NCBI RefSeq assembly: GCF_009914755.1
Contig: NC_060938.1
From: the human T2T-CHM13v2.0 reference genome, Homo sapiens
Length of the DNA: 64,000 bases
Strand: one strand, 5' to 3'
Under the pieces are notes generated by a model, which was not told the origin of the DNA, did no database searches, and saw nothing but the letters and a program-made list of their open reading frames with translations. Position numbers and translations under genes: made by a program. This document shows, piece by piece, positions 12,912 through 29,961 of the stretch (its first letter is position 1; each line of letters starts with the position of its first letter).

Positions 12912-13427
12912 ATGAAGACATTTGCTGGATTTTCGTTCCTGTTTTTGTGGCTGCAGCTGGACTGTGAGTCGAGAGCTTTTGGGGAACAGAGGGTTTAGTA
13001 AATACTCATTAGAAGTCTGAGGAGGAGACTCATCTGGTCTTTTCCAGAATGTCTGAAGTTACTACAGTGAAAAAAATAAAAAAGCAAACTCCAGAGAATG
13101 ATGGCCTGATGATCTTGTCTGACTTTTCCTTTTGCACAGGTATGAGTAGAGGAGAGGATGTGGAGCAGAGTCTTTTCCTGAGTGTCCGAGAGGGAGACAG
13201 CTCCGTTATAAACTGCACTTACACAGACAGCTCCTCCACCTACTTATACTGGTATAAGCAAGAACCTGGAGCAGGTCTCCAGTTGCTGACGTATATTTTT
13301 TCAAATATGGACATGAAACAAGACCAAAGACTCACTGTTCTATTGAATAAAAAGGATAAACATCTGTCTCTGCGCATTGCAGACACCCAGACTGGGGACT
13401 CAGCTATCTACTTCTGTGCAGAGAGTA
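12912..13427 (+). CDS. TRAV5: T-cell receptor alpha variable 5 (leader exon 12912-12963, V-exon 13140-13427)
   Basis: Leader [17 protein letters not shown] with GT donor at 12964; acceptor cacAG 13138-13139; [43 protein letters not shown]...[10 protein letters not shown]. Confidence 0.97.
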
Positions 13428-13466
13428 CACATTGCTTCTCAGGCACCTGTATCCTGTACCCAAACC
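13428..13466 (+). other. 23-RSS of TRAV5
   Basis: CACATTG 13428-13434, 23-bp spacer, ACCCAAACC 13458-13466. Confidence 0.92.
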
Positions 13467-13932
13467 TGCACCTGGGACTAAAGCCACATTCTATTTCCTT
13501 TACCTTTAAGTCAGGGATTTTGCTGTAAGGTATTTTTAATGTACGGACATTACAAAACATCCTAAAAGGTCAGTTTCAAAATGACTTAATGATTTTCAGA
13601 ACATTTTGATTAAACTCTTTTTGGGAGTTAATGATTTCTTAGTTGATATCCTGGTCTTAGGGTTGACTTTATGGGTGCCATAAAGTCATCTGAATGATTT
13701 CTCCCCTACCAAGGACATCTTGGTGTCAGAGAATCCTCTCCTTGATGGAGTCTTTTAACTTTTAACATTAGTATTTATTAACTTTTTCTAACTATAAATA
13801 TATTAAGTGCACGGTATAGGAAAAAACAGGAAATTATAAAATAGAAAATCAAAATGTCTTATAATCCTATCATACACATAATTCATAGCTAACATTTAGT
13901 ATTCCTTCTTCATTAAAAAAAAAATTAGGATC

Positions 13933-15361
13933 GCTTTTCCTGTGGCAGCAGCTGGGGTGAGAAGAGCAGTGGCTCTCTCCTCTCTCTGCCATGGCATGTG
14001 CTTGCCCACTGATGTCAGCGTACTCTGAGAAGGGAGAGTCATCTGGCAAAAATGTCACTTTGTCTGCCATATTCAAGGCTCCTATTCGACCAGATATTGT
14101 GAACTTTGTTCACGCCAACTTGTGCAAAAACAACAGACAGCCCTATGCTGTCAGTGAATCAGCAGGTCATCAAACCAGTGTTGAGTCTTGGAGTACTGGC
14201 AGAGCTGCAGCTTGAATTCCCAGAGTTCGAAGTGGTGGGACTCACCATTCTGGCCAGGGAGCTTTTGGAAACATGTGTCGTGGAGGCTGAATGTTTGCAC
14301 CAACCAAAACCTGGCTCCATTGGCATAGTAGAGTGAATACAACCCCAAAACGATATGTCATCTCTTCTGCCCTGGCTGCCTCAGCCTTACCAGCACTGGT
14401 TATGTCTAAGGGTCATCGTATTGAGGAAGCTCCTGAACTTCCTTTGGTAGTCGAAGATAAAGTTGAAGGCTACAAGAAGACCAAGGAGGCTGTTTTGCTT
14501 CTTAAGAAACTTAAAGCCTGGAATGATATCGAGAAGGTCTATGTCTCTCAGCAAATGAGATCCAGCAAGAGCAAAACGAGAAACCATCACCGTATCCGGC
14601 GCAGGGGCGCCGCATCATCTGTAATGAGGATAATGGTATCGTCAAGGCCTTCAGAAACATCCCTGGAATTACTATGCTTAATATAAGCAAACTGAACATT
14701 TTGAAACTTGCTCCTGGTGGGCATGTGGGACATTTCTGCATTTGGACTCAAAGTGCTTTCTGGAAGTTAGATGAATTTTCTGGCACTTGGCATAAAGCTG
14801 CTTCCCTCAAGAGTAACTACAATCTTCCCATGCACAAGATGATCAATACAGACCTTAGCAGCATCTTAAAAAGCCCAGAGATCCAGTGAGCCCTTCGAGC
14901 ACCTTGCAAGAAGATTCATCGCAGAGTCCTAAAGAACCCACTGAAAAATCTGAGAATGATGTTGAAGCTAAACCCATACACACAGATCATGCGCCGGAAC
15001 ACCATTCTTCGCTAGGCCAGGAATCACAAACTCTGGGTGGATAAGGCAGCAGCCGGCAGCAGCAGCACTAGAAGCCAGATCAGATGAGAAGGGGGTTGTA
15101 GGCAAGAAGCCTGTGGTATGTAAGAAAGGAAAGAAGGCCATTGTTGATGTTAAGAAGCAGAAGAAGCCTCTGGTGGGAGAAAAGGCAGCAGCTACCAAGA
15201 AACCAGCAGCTGAAAAGAAGCCGGCAAAAAAGAAATCTACTACGGAGGAAAAGGAGCCTGCTGCATAAACTCTTAAATTTGATTATTCCATAAAAGTCAA
15301 ATCATTTTGAACAGCTTCTTTTGAATAAAGACCTAATCAAAGAGGCAGTGAGGAAAAAAAA
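13933..15361 (+). pseudogene. RPL4P1: Processed pseudogene of ribosomal protein L4 (full-length retrocopy)
   Basis: Intronless. 5'TOP start cttttcctgtggcagc, ATG 13991 ([24 protein letters not shown]...), Lys-rich C-terminus ending TAA 15266-15268. Premature TGA at 14213 and 14887 plus frameshifts. AATAAA 15324-15329. 16-bp TSD AAAAAAAATTAGGATC (13917-13932 / 15354-15369). The P1 number is from recollection. Confidence 0.93.
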
Positions 15362-16122
15362 TTAGGATCACGCAGACTTGTATTTTAATTTAATAGTATA
15401 TTCTAACCTTAATGTTTCACATTTCCCCAATCTTATAAAAATAAATTTTTAAATGATTTTGTGAGTGATTTTATAAGCCAGCATTTTATTTCCACTATAA
15501 TCGTCCCATATATCTGTGGTGAAAGACAGTATTTTTCTGAACTCAGGTGTTACCCTTTAAATAGTTTCTTACATGTAGGAAGTTTTAAATTTTCTAGAAA
15601 TTTATTTTTTCTTCTGTTCTAGAAATAATTTGTTTCTTCAATCACTTATGCTCTTTTCCTCTTGTTCTTTCTTCCTCCTTGAAGTGCTGAATGTTTTCAT
15701 TTGTCCCATTTTTTTTCTATTTTTCACAGCATTTTAAAGGGAAAGTTATATGTTTCTAACATTGTATGTTAAGGTTTCTTTCAGCACTGATGATACTGGG
15801 ATTTATTAAATCTTCCAGGAGCAGATAAGGAGGTCAGGGTTGATTTAGAATTATTTGCCAAGCCAGAAGTCAGGATGTCTTTTGCTAGTACGAATGGTAC
15901 ATCACTTATATTTAGATGCCAGTTGGAGAACTTGCTGGAGAGGTCCATAGTGATATCCACTTCTGTGCCTGAATTGCTTTTATATTACCATCTCTTTGTA
16001 TGATTGCATCATTCTAACAGGGAGAGTAGTTTGGTGACCTATGTTCAGTGGTTTGGTTCCTTAAAAATGACAACAATGCTATTTGGTATTCCTCTAATGG
16101 CATGCAAACAAACCATAGTTTC

Positions 16123-16417
16123 TTTTTGTTTTTGTTTTTTTTTTTTTGAGATGGAGTCTCGCTCTGTCGCTCAGTGGCACAATCTTGGCTCACTGCAAGC
16201 TCTGACTCTTGGGTTTATGCCATTCTCCTGCCTCAGCCTTCTGAGTAGCTGGGACTACAGGCGCCCACCATCAGGCCCGGCTAATTTTTTCTATTTTTTG
16301 GTAGAGACGGGGTTTCACCGTGTTAGCCAGGATGGTCGCGATCTCCTGACCTCATGATCCACCCGCCTCGGCCTCCCAAAGTGCTGGGATTACAGGCGTG
16401 AGCCACCGCGCCTGGCC
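16123..16417 (-). mobile_element. Alu (AluY-like)
   Basis: T-rich tail then gagatggagtctcgctctgtcgc...ttcaccgtgttagccaggatgg...cctggcc. Confidence 0.93.
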
Positions 16418-17150
16418 GTTTGTTTCTAAGATTAAAAATTTTGTTTAAAAACAGATGTTTACTTTCTGAAATGCCTTATAGAGATAGTTGGTGTTTAGTT
16501 TTTCACTTTGTACTTGTTATCATCATCATCATCACCATCATCATCAAGTGGAAGCTAATTCTTCCTCATATAATTCATGATCAGAATTACCCTTTATTAT
16601 TTTACTCTTTGATCTCTTTCTACTCCCCAGGACCCCTGCCACTGCTTTATAAGTGTTAGTCTAATTGCTCATTTGTCCTTAGAGCTGTCTCAGGTGAGCT
16701 TTTATCATGTAGGCAGTAACACATGGGTTGATTGGACTATCCTTCAAGTCTATCTTCTTTATAATATGTTTAAAAAGTTGCTCAGTTTTTAGGGCTATGA
16801 CTTGTGCCACTCCTTGCATCTGGCACTTGTGTGTATTTCACCGTTTTTAATGTTTTACCAATGGACATTTAAGGAAAGGGGCTAGGTAAAATGCACTGAA
16901 TACACAGATCCATCAATATGTTTGAAATAATGCATGTGAAGCACCTAGCATGATCCTGGCATGTACTCATCATTATTTAATACCAAATGGGTACTGACAT
17001 ATCAGCAGACTTCATCCTCAATATGGATGTAGCTAGATAAAAACCAACAGAATGTAGCTTTCTCTTATTTCTGGCTCGGTGTTTCACTTTTTCTGGTATC
17101 ATGATGCCCACTAAATTGAACATGTCCAAAACTAGAATATGTCTTTTAAA

Positions 17151-17494
<344 letters not shown>

Positions 17495-17496
17495 TA

Positions 17497-19646
17497 GACT
17501 TGGCAAGATGGCTGAATAGGAACAGCTGTGGTCTGTAGCTCCTAGCAAGATTGACACAGAAGGTGGGTGATTTCTGCATTTCCAACTGAGGTACCCGGTT
17601 CATCTCACTGGGACTGGTCAGACAGTGGGTGCAGCCCACAGAGGGCGAGCCAAAGCAGGGTGGGGTGTTGCCTCATCTGGGAAGCAGAAGGGGTCAGGGA
17701 ACTCCTTTCCTTAGCCAAGATAGCCATGAGGGACTGTGCCGTGAGGAATGGTGCACTCCAGCCCAGATACTGCACTTTTCCCATGGTCTTCACAACCCAC
17801 AGACCCACAGGAGATTTCCTCCGGTGCCTATGCCACCAGAGCCCTGGGTTTCAAGCACAAAACTGGGTGGCTGTTTGGGCAGACACTGAGCTAGCTTCAG
17901 AATTTTTTTTCATACGCTAGTGGTGCCTGAAACGCCAGCAAGACAGAACCATTCACTCCCCTGGAAAGGGGGCTGAAGCCAGGGAGCCAAGTGGTCTGGC
18001 TTAGCGGGTCCCACCCCCACAGAGCCCAGCAAGCTAAGATTCACTGGCTTGAAATTCTCGCTGCTAGCACAGCAATCTGAGTTCGACCTGGGACACTCGA
18101 GCTTGGTGGGGAGACGGGCGTCTGCCATTGCTGAGGCTTGAGTAGGCGGTTTTACCCTTACAGTGTAAAGAAAGCCACTGGGAAGTTCAAACTTGGCAGA
18201 GCCCACCACAGCCCAGAAAGGCTGCTGTGGCCAGACTGCCTCTCTAGATTCCTCCTCTCTGGCAGACCATCTCTGAAAAAAAAAGCAGCAGCCCCAGTCA
18301 GGGTCTTATAGATAAAACCCCCATCTCCCTGGGACAGAGCACCTGGGGAAGGGGTGGATGTGGGGGCAGCTTCAGCAGACTTAAATGTCCCTGTCTGATA
18401 GCTCTGAAGAGAGCAGTGGATCTCCCAGCACAGTGTTCGAGCTCTGCAAAGGGTCAGGCTGTCTCCTCAAATGGGTCCCTGACCCCGTGTCTCCTGACTG
18501 GGAAACACCTCCCAGTTGGGGCCAACAGACACCTCATATAGGAGAGCTCTGGCTGGCATATGGCAGGTGCCCTCTGGGACAAAGCTTCCAGAGGAAGGAA
18601 CAGGCAGCAATCTTTGCTGTTCTGCAGCCTCTGCTGGTGATACCCAGGCAAACAGAGTCAGGAGTGGACCTCCAGCAAACTCCAGCAGACCCGGAGCAGA
18701 GAAGCCTGAGTGTTAGAAGGAAAACTAATGAACAGAAGGGAATAGCATCAACATCAACAAAAAGGAAGTCCACTTACAGACCCCTATCTGAAGGTCACCA
18801 ACATCAAAGACCAAAGGTAGATAAATACACAAAGATGGGGAGAAACCGGCATAAAAAGTCTGAAATTCAAAAAACCAGAACGCCTCTTGTCTTCCAAAGG
18901 ATCACAACTCCTTGCCAGCAAGGCAACAAAGCTGGACAAGGAGTTTTACAAATTGACAGAAGTAGGCTTCAAAAGGTGGGTAAAAACAAACTCCTCTGAG
19001 CTAAAGGGGTATGTTATAACCCAATACAAAGAAGCTAAGAATGTTGAAAACACGTTAGGTGAATTGCTAAATAGAATAACCAGTTTAGAGAAGAACATAA
19101 ATGACCTGATGGAGATGAAAAACACAGAATGAGAACTTCGTGAAGCAAACACAAGTATCAATAGCCAAATCAATCAAGGAGAAGAAAGGATATCAGAGAT
19201 TGAAGATGAACTTAATGAAATAAAGTGAGAAGACAAAATTAGAGAAAAAAGAATGAAAAGGAACAAACAAAGCCTCCAAGAAATATGGGACTATGTGAAA
19301 AGACCAAATTTACGTTTGATTGGAATACCTGAAAGTGATGGGAAGAATGGAACCAAGTTGGAAAACTCTTCAGGATATTATCCAGGAGAACTTCCACAAC
19401 CTAGAAAGACAGGCCAACATTCAAATTAAGGAAATACAGAGAACACCACAAACATACTCCTCGAGAAGAGCAACCCCAAGACACATAATCATGAGATTCA
19501 CCAAGGTCAAAATGAAGGAAAAAATGTTAAGGGCAGCCAGAGAGAAAGGTCGGGTTACCCACAAAGGGAAGCCCATCAGACAAACAGTGGATCTCTCTGC
19601 AGAAACCCTACAAGCCAGAAGAGAGTGGGGCCAATATTCAACATTC

Positions 19647-19648
<2 letters not shown>
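17497..19648 (+). mobile_element. L1PA7/8-like element: 5' UTR and most of ORF1, truncated at an antisense L1 insertion
   Basis: caagatggctgaataggaacagc 5' end; ORF1 remnants (RRATPRHIIMRFTKVKMKEKMLRAAREKGRVTHKGKPIR); stops at ccaatattcaacattctt. Confidence 0.92.
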
Positions 19649-23603
<3,955 letters not shown>

Positions 23604-23640
23604 GGCAACAGAGCCAGACCCTGTCTCAAAAAAAAAAAAA
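23604..23640 (+). mobile_element. Alu 3'-end remnant
   Basis: ggcaacagagccagaccctgtctc followed by A13, fused directly to the 5'-truncated end of the antisense L1. Confidence 0.8.
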
Positions 23641-23793
23641 GTAAAACAGTAATAAATAAATAGATACATATACAGAAGATACAAGGAGACAACTTGCACG
23701 AGGAAAAGCCACATGGTTCACAAACATATGGGAAATGTTTAAACCTACTGGTATTCACAAAAGTGAAAGCAAATAACTTAAAAAACCTATCAA

Positions 23794-26700
23794 GGAAGAG
23801 GGCCAAATAGGAACAGCTCTGGTCTACAGCTCCCAGCGAGATTGATGCAGAAGGTGGGTGATTTCTGCATTTCCAACTGAGGTACCTGGTTCATCTCACT
23901 GGGACTGGTTGGACAGTGGGTACAGCCCATGGAGAGTGAGCCAAAGCTGGATGAGGCATCGCCTCACCTGGGAAGTGCAAGGGGTCATGGGAGATTTCCC
24001 TTTCCTAGCCAAGGGAAGCTATGACAGACTGTACCTGGAGAAATGGTACACTCCTGACCAAATACTGCTCTTTTCCCACAGTCTTAGCAACCGGCAGACC
24101 AGGAGATACCCTCCCATGCCTGGCTCAGTGGGTCCCATGACCACAGAGCCTTGCTTACTGCTAGCACAGCAGTCTGAGATTGACCTGCGATGCTGCGGCT
24201 TGATGGGCGGATGGGCGTCTGCCCTTGCTGAGGCTTGAGTAGCTCACAGTGTAAACCAAGCTGCCGGGAAGCATGAACTGGGCAGAGCCCACCACAGCTC
24301 AGCAAGGCCTACTACCTCTACAGATTCTACCTCTAGGGGCGGGGCATAGTAGAACAAAAGGCAGCAGACAGCTTCTGCAGACTTAAACGTCCCTGTCTGA
24401 CAGCTCTGAAGAGAGCAGTGGTTCTCTCAGCATGGCATTCGTGCTCCAAGAATGGACAGATGGCCTCTTCAAGCAGGCCCCTGACCTCCGTGTAGCCTGA
24501 CTGGGAAACCCCTCACTGTAGGGGCTGAGAGAGTCCTCAAACAGGCTAATACCCCTCTGGGACGAAGCTTCCAGAGGAAGGATCAGGCAGCAATATTTGT
24601 TGTTCTGCAGCCTCTGCTGGTAATACCCAGGAAAACAGGATCTGGAGTGGACCTCCAGCAAACTCCAAAAGACCTGAAGCTGAAGGGTCTGACTGTTAGA
24701 AGGAAAACTAACAAACAGAAAGGAATAGCATCAACGTCAACAAAAAGGACATCCACACCAAAACCCCATCTGTAGGTCACCAACATCAAAGACCAAAGGT
24801 AGATAAAACCACAAAGATGGGGAGAAACCAGAGCAGAAAAGCTGAAAATTCTAAAAAACAGAGCACCTCTTCTCCTCCAAAGGATTGTAGCTCCTCGCCA
24901 GCAAGGGAGCAAAACTGGACAGAGAATGAGTTTGACGAGATGACAGAAGCAGGCTTCAGAAGATCTGTAATAACAAACTTCTTTGAGTGAAAGGACCATG
25001 TCCTAGTCCATCACAAGGAAGCTAAAAACCTTGAAAAAAGGTTTGACGAATGGCTAACTAGAATACACAGTGTAGAGAGGACCTTAAATGACCTGACGGA
25101 GCTCAAAACCATGGCACAAGAACTTCATGATGCACGCACAAGCTTCAATAGCCAATTCAATCAAGTGGAAGAAAGGATATCAGTGATTGAAGATCACATT
25201 AATGAAATAAAGCAAGAAGATAAGGTTAGAGAAAAAAGAGTGAAAAGAAATGAAAAAAGGCTTCAAAAAATATGGACTCTGTGAAAAGACCAAATATATG
25301 TTTGACTGGGGTACCGGAAAGTGACAGGGAGAATGGAACCAAGTTAGAAAACACTCTTCAGGGTATTATCCGGCAGAACTTCCCCAACCTAGCAAGGCAG
25401 GCCAACATTCAAAGTCAAGAAATACAGAGAACACCACAAAGATACTCCTCGAGAAGAGCAACGCCAAGACACATAATTGTCAGATTCACCAAGGTTGAAA
25501 TGAAGGAAAAAGTGTTAAGGGCAGCCAGAGAGAAAGTCCGGGTTACCCAAAAAGGGAAGCCCATCAAACTAACAGTGGATCTCTCTGCAGAAACCCTACA
25601 AGCCAGAAGAGAGTGGGGGCCAATATTCAGCATTCTTAAAGAAAAGAATATTTTCAACCCAGAATCTCATATCCAGCCAACCTAATCTTCATAAGTGAAG
25701 GAGAAATAAAATCCTTTACAGACAAGCAAATTCTGAGAGATTTTATTACCACCAGGCCTGCCTTACAAGAGCTCCTGAAGGAAGCAATAAACATGGAAAG
25801 GAACAAGCAGTACAAGCCACTGCAGAAACATACTAAATGGTACAGATCATCGACACTATGAAGAAACTCCATCAATTAACGGGCAAAATAACCAGCTAAC
25901 ATCATAATGACAGGATCAAATTCAAACATAACAATAATAACCTTAAATGTAAATGGGCTAAATGCCCCAGTTAACAGACACAGACTGGCAAATTGGATAG
26001 AGTCAAGTCCAATCAGTGTGCTGTATTCAGGAGACCCATCTCACATGCAAAGATGCACATAGGCTCAAAATAAAGGAATGGAGGAAGATCTACCAAGAAA
26101 ATGGAAGGCAAAAAAAAGCAGGGGTTGCAATCCTAGTCTCTGATAAAACAGACTTAAACCAACAAAGATCAAAAGAGACAAAGGAGGCCATTACATAACG
26201 GTAAAGGGATCCATGCAACAAGAAGAGCTAACTATCCTAAATATATATGCACCCAACACAGGAGCACCCAGATTCATAAAACAAATTCTTAGAGTCTACC
26301 AAGAGACGTAGACTCCCACACAATAATAGTGGGAGACTTTAACACCTCACCGTCAATATTAGACAGATCAATGAGACAGAAAGTTAACAAAGATATCCAG
26401 GACTTGATCTCAGCTCTGGACCAAGCGGACCTCATAGACATCTACAGAACTCTACACCCCAAATCAACAGAATAGACATTCCTCTCAGCACCACATCACA
26501 CTTATTCTAAAATTGACCACATAATTGGTAGTAAAACACTCCTCAGCAAATGTAAAAGAACAGAAATTATAACAAACTGTCTCTCAGACCACAACGCAAT
26601 CAAACTAGAACTCAGGATTAAGAAACTCACTCAAAACTGCTCAACTACAAGGAAACTGAACAACCTGCTCCTGAGTGACTACTGGGTATATAACGAAATG

Positions 26701-29700
26701 AAGGCAGAAATAAAGATGTTCTTTGAAACCAACGAGAACAAAGACACAACATACCAGAATCTCTGGGACACATTTAAAGCAGTGTGTAGAGGGAAATTTA
26801 TAGCACTAAATGCCCATAAGAGAAAACAGGAAAGATCTAAAATTGACACCCTAACATCACAACTAAAAGAACTAGAGAAGCAAGAGAAAACACATTCAAA
26901 AGCTAGCAGAAGGCAAGAAATAACTAAGATCAGAGCAAAACTGAAGGAGATAGAGACACAAAAAACCCTTCAAAAAGTCAATGAATCCAGGAGCTGGTTT
27001 TTTGAAAAGAACAACAAAATTGATAGACTGTTAGCAAGACTAATAAAGAAGAAGAGAGAGAGAAATCAAACAGACCCAATAAAAATGATAAAGGGGATGT
27101 CACCACTGATCCCACAGAAATACAAACTACCATCAGAGAATACTACAAACACCTCTACGCAAATAAATTAGAAAATCTAGAAGAAATGGATAAATTCCTG
27201 GACACATACACCCTCCCAAGACTAAACCAAGAAGAAGTTGAATCTCCGAATAGACCAATAAGAGGTTCTGAAATTGAGGTAATAATTAATAGCCTACAAA
27301 CCAAAAAAAGTCCAGGACCAGATGGATTCATATCCAAATTCTACCAGAGGTACAAGGTGGAGCTGGTACCATTCCTTCTGAAACTATTTCAATCAATAGA
27401 AAAAGAGGGAATCCTCCCCAGCTCATTTTATGAGGCCAGCATCAACCTGACACCAAAGCCTGGTAGAGACATAACAAAAAAGAGAATTTTAGGCCAATAT
27501 CCCTGATGAACATTGTGCAAAGATCCTCAGAAAAATACTGGCAAACCAAATCCAGCAGCACATCGAAAAGCGTATCCACCACGACCAAATCAGCTTCATC
27601 CCAGGGATGCAAGGCTGGTTCAACATACATAAATCAATAAATGCAATCCATCAGATAAACAGAACCAAAGACAAAAACCACATGATTATCTCAATAGATG
27701 CAGAAAGGGCCTTCAACAAAATTCAACAGCCCTTCATGCTAAAAACTCTCAATAACTAGGTATTGATGGAATGTACCTCAAAATAATAAGAGCTATTTAT
27801 GACAAACCCACAGCCAGTATCACACTGAATGGGCAAAAACTGGAAGCGTACACTTTGAAAACCAGCAGAAGACAAGGATGCCCTCTATTACCACTCCTAT
27901 TCAACGTAGAACACTACGTTGGAAGTTCTGGCTAGGGCAATCAGGCAAGAGAAAGAAATAAAGGATATTCAAACAGGAAAAGAGGAAGTCAAATTGTCTC
28001 TGTTTGCAGATGACATGATTGTATATTTAGAAAACCCCATCGTCTCAGCCCAAAATCTCCTTAAGCTGATAAGCTACTTCAGCAAAGTCTCAGGATACAA
28101 AATCAATGTTCAAAAATCACAAGCACTCCTATACACCAATAATAGACAAACAGAGAGTCAAATCATGAGTGAACCGCCATTCACAATTACTACAAAGAGA
28201 ATAAAATACCTAGGAATCCAACTTATGAGGGATGTGAAGGACCTCTTCAAGGAGAACTACAAACCACTGCTCAAGGAAATAAAGGAGGACTCAAACAAAT
28301 GGAAAAACATTCCATGCTCATGGATAGGAAGGATCAATATCGTGAAAATTGCTATACTGCCCAAAGTAATTTATAGATTCAGTGCTATCCCCATCAGGCT
28401 ACTACTGACTTTTTTCACAGAATTGGAAAAAGCTACTTTAAATTTCATATGGAACCAAATAAGGGCCCTCATAGCCAAGACAATCCTAAGCAAAAAGAAC
28501 AAAACTGGAGGCATCATGCTACCTGACTTCAAACTATATTACAAGCCTACAGTAACTAAAACAGCATGGTACTGGTACCAAAACAGATATATAGAGCAAT
28601 GGAACACAACAGAGGCCTCAGAAATAACACTATACATCTACAACCATCTGATCTTAGACAAACCTGAGAAAACCAAGCAATGGGGAAAGAATTCCTTATT
28701 TAATAAATGGCACTGGGAAAACTGGCTAGCCACATGTAGAAAGCTGAAACTGAATCCCTTCCTTACACCAGATATAAAAATTAACTCAAGATGGATTAAA
28801 GACTTAAATGTAAGACCTAACACCAAAAAAGCCCTACAAGAAAACCTAGGCAATACCATTCAGGACATAGCATGTTGTACGTGTTGACATAGGACAAGAC
28901 TTCATGACTAAAACACCAAAAGCAATGGCAACAAAAGCCAAAATTGACAAATGGGATCTAATTAAACTAAAGAGCTTCTGCACAGCAAAAGAAGCTATCA
29001 TCAGAGTGAATAGGCAACCTACAGAATAGGAGAAAAACTTTGCAATCTATCCATCTGACAAAGGGCTAATATCCAGAATCTACAAGGAACTTAAAGAAGT
29101 TTACAAGAAGAAAACAAACAACCCCATCAAAAAGTGGGCAAAGGATATGAACAGACACTTCTCAAAAGAAGACGTTTATGCAGCCAACAGACGCATGAAA
29201 AAATGCACATCATCACTGGCCATCACAGCAATGCAAATCAAAACCATAATGAGATACCATCTCACGCCAGTTAGAATGGTGATCATTAAAAAGTCAGGAA
29301 ACATCAGATGCTGGAGAGGATGTGGAGGAATAGGTACGTTTTTACACTATTGGTGGGAGTGTAAATTAGTTCAACCATTGTGGAAGACAGTGTGGCGATT
29401 CCTCAAGGATCTAAAACTAGAAATAGCATTTGACCCAGCGATCCCATTACTGGGTATATACCCAAAGGATTATAAATCATGCTGCTATAAAGACACATGC
29501 ACACGTATGTTTATTGCGGCACTGTTCACAATGGCAAAGATTTGGATCCAACCTAAATGCCCATCAATGATAGACTGGATTAAGAAAATGTGGCACATAT
29601 ACACCATGGAATACTATGGAGCCATAAAAAAGGATGAGTTCATGTCCTTTGCAAGGACATGGATGAAGCTGGAAACCATCATTCTCAGCAAACTATCACA

Positions 29701-29961
29701 AGGACAGAAAACCAAACACCGCGTGTTCTCACTCATAGGTGGGAGTTGAACAACGAGAATACGTGAACACAGGGCAGGGAACATCAGACACTGGGGCCTG
29801 TTGTGGGGTGGGGGTCTGGGGGAGGGATAGCATTAGGAGAAATACCTAATGTAAATGACGAGTTGATGGGTGCAGCAAACCAACATGGCACATATATACC
29901 TATGTAACAAACCTGCACGTTGTGCACATGTACCCTAGAACCTAAAGTATAATTAAAAAAA
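23794..29961 (+). mobile_element. Near full-length L1 (L1PA5-7-like), ORFs disrupted
   Basis: 5' UTR (ggccaaataggaacagctc), ORF1 from ~24817, ORF2 from ~25908 with fragments [13 protein letters not shown] and the C-terminal [25 protein letters not shown], 3' UTR and A tail. Confidence 0.95.
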
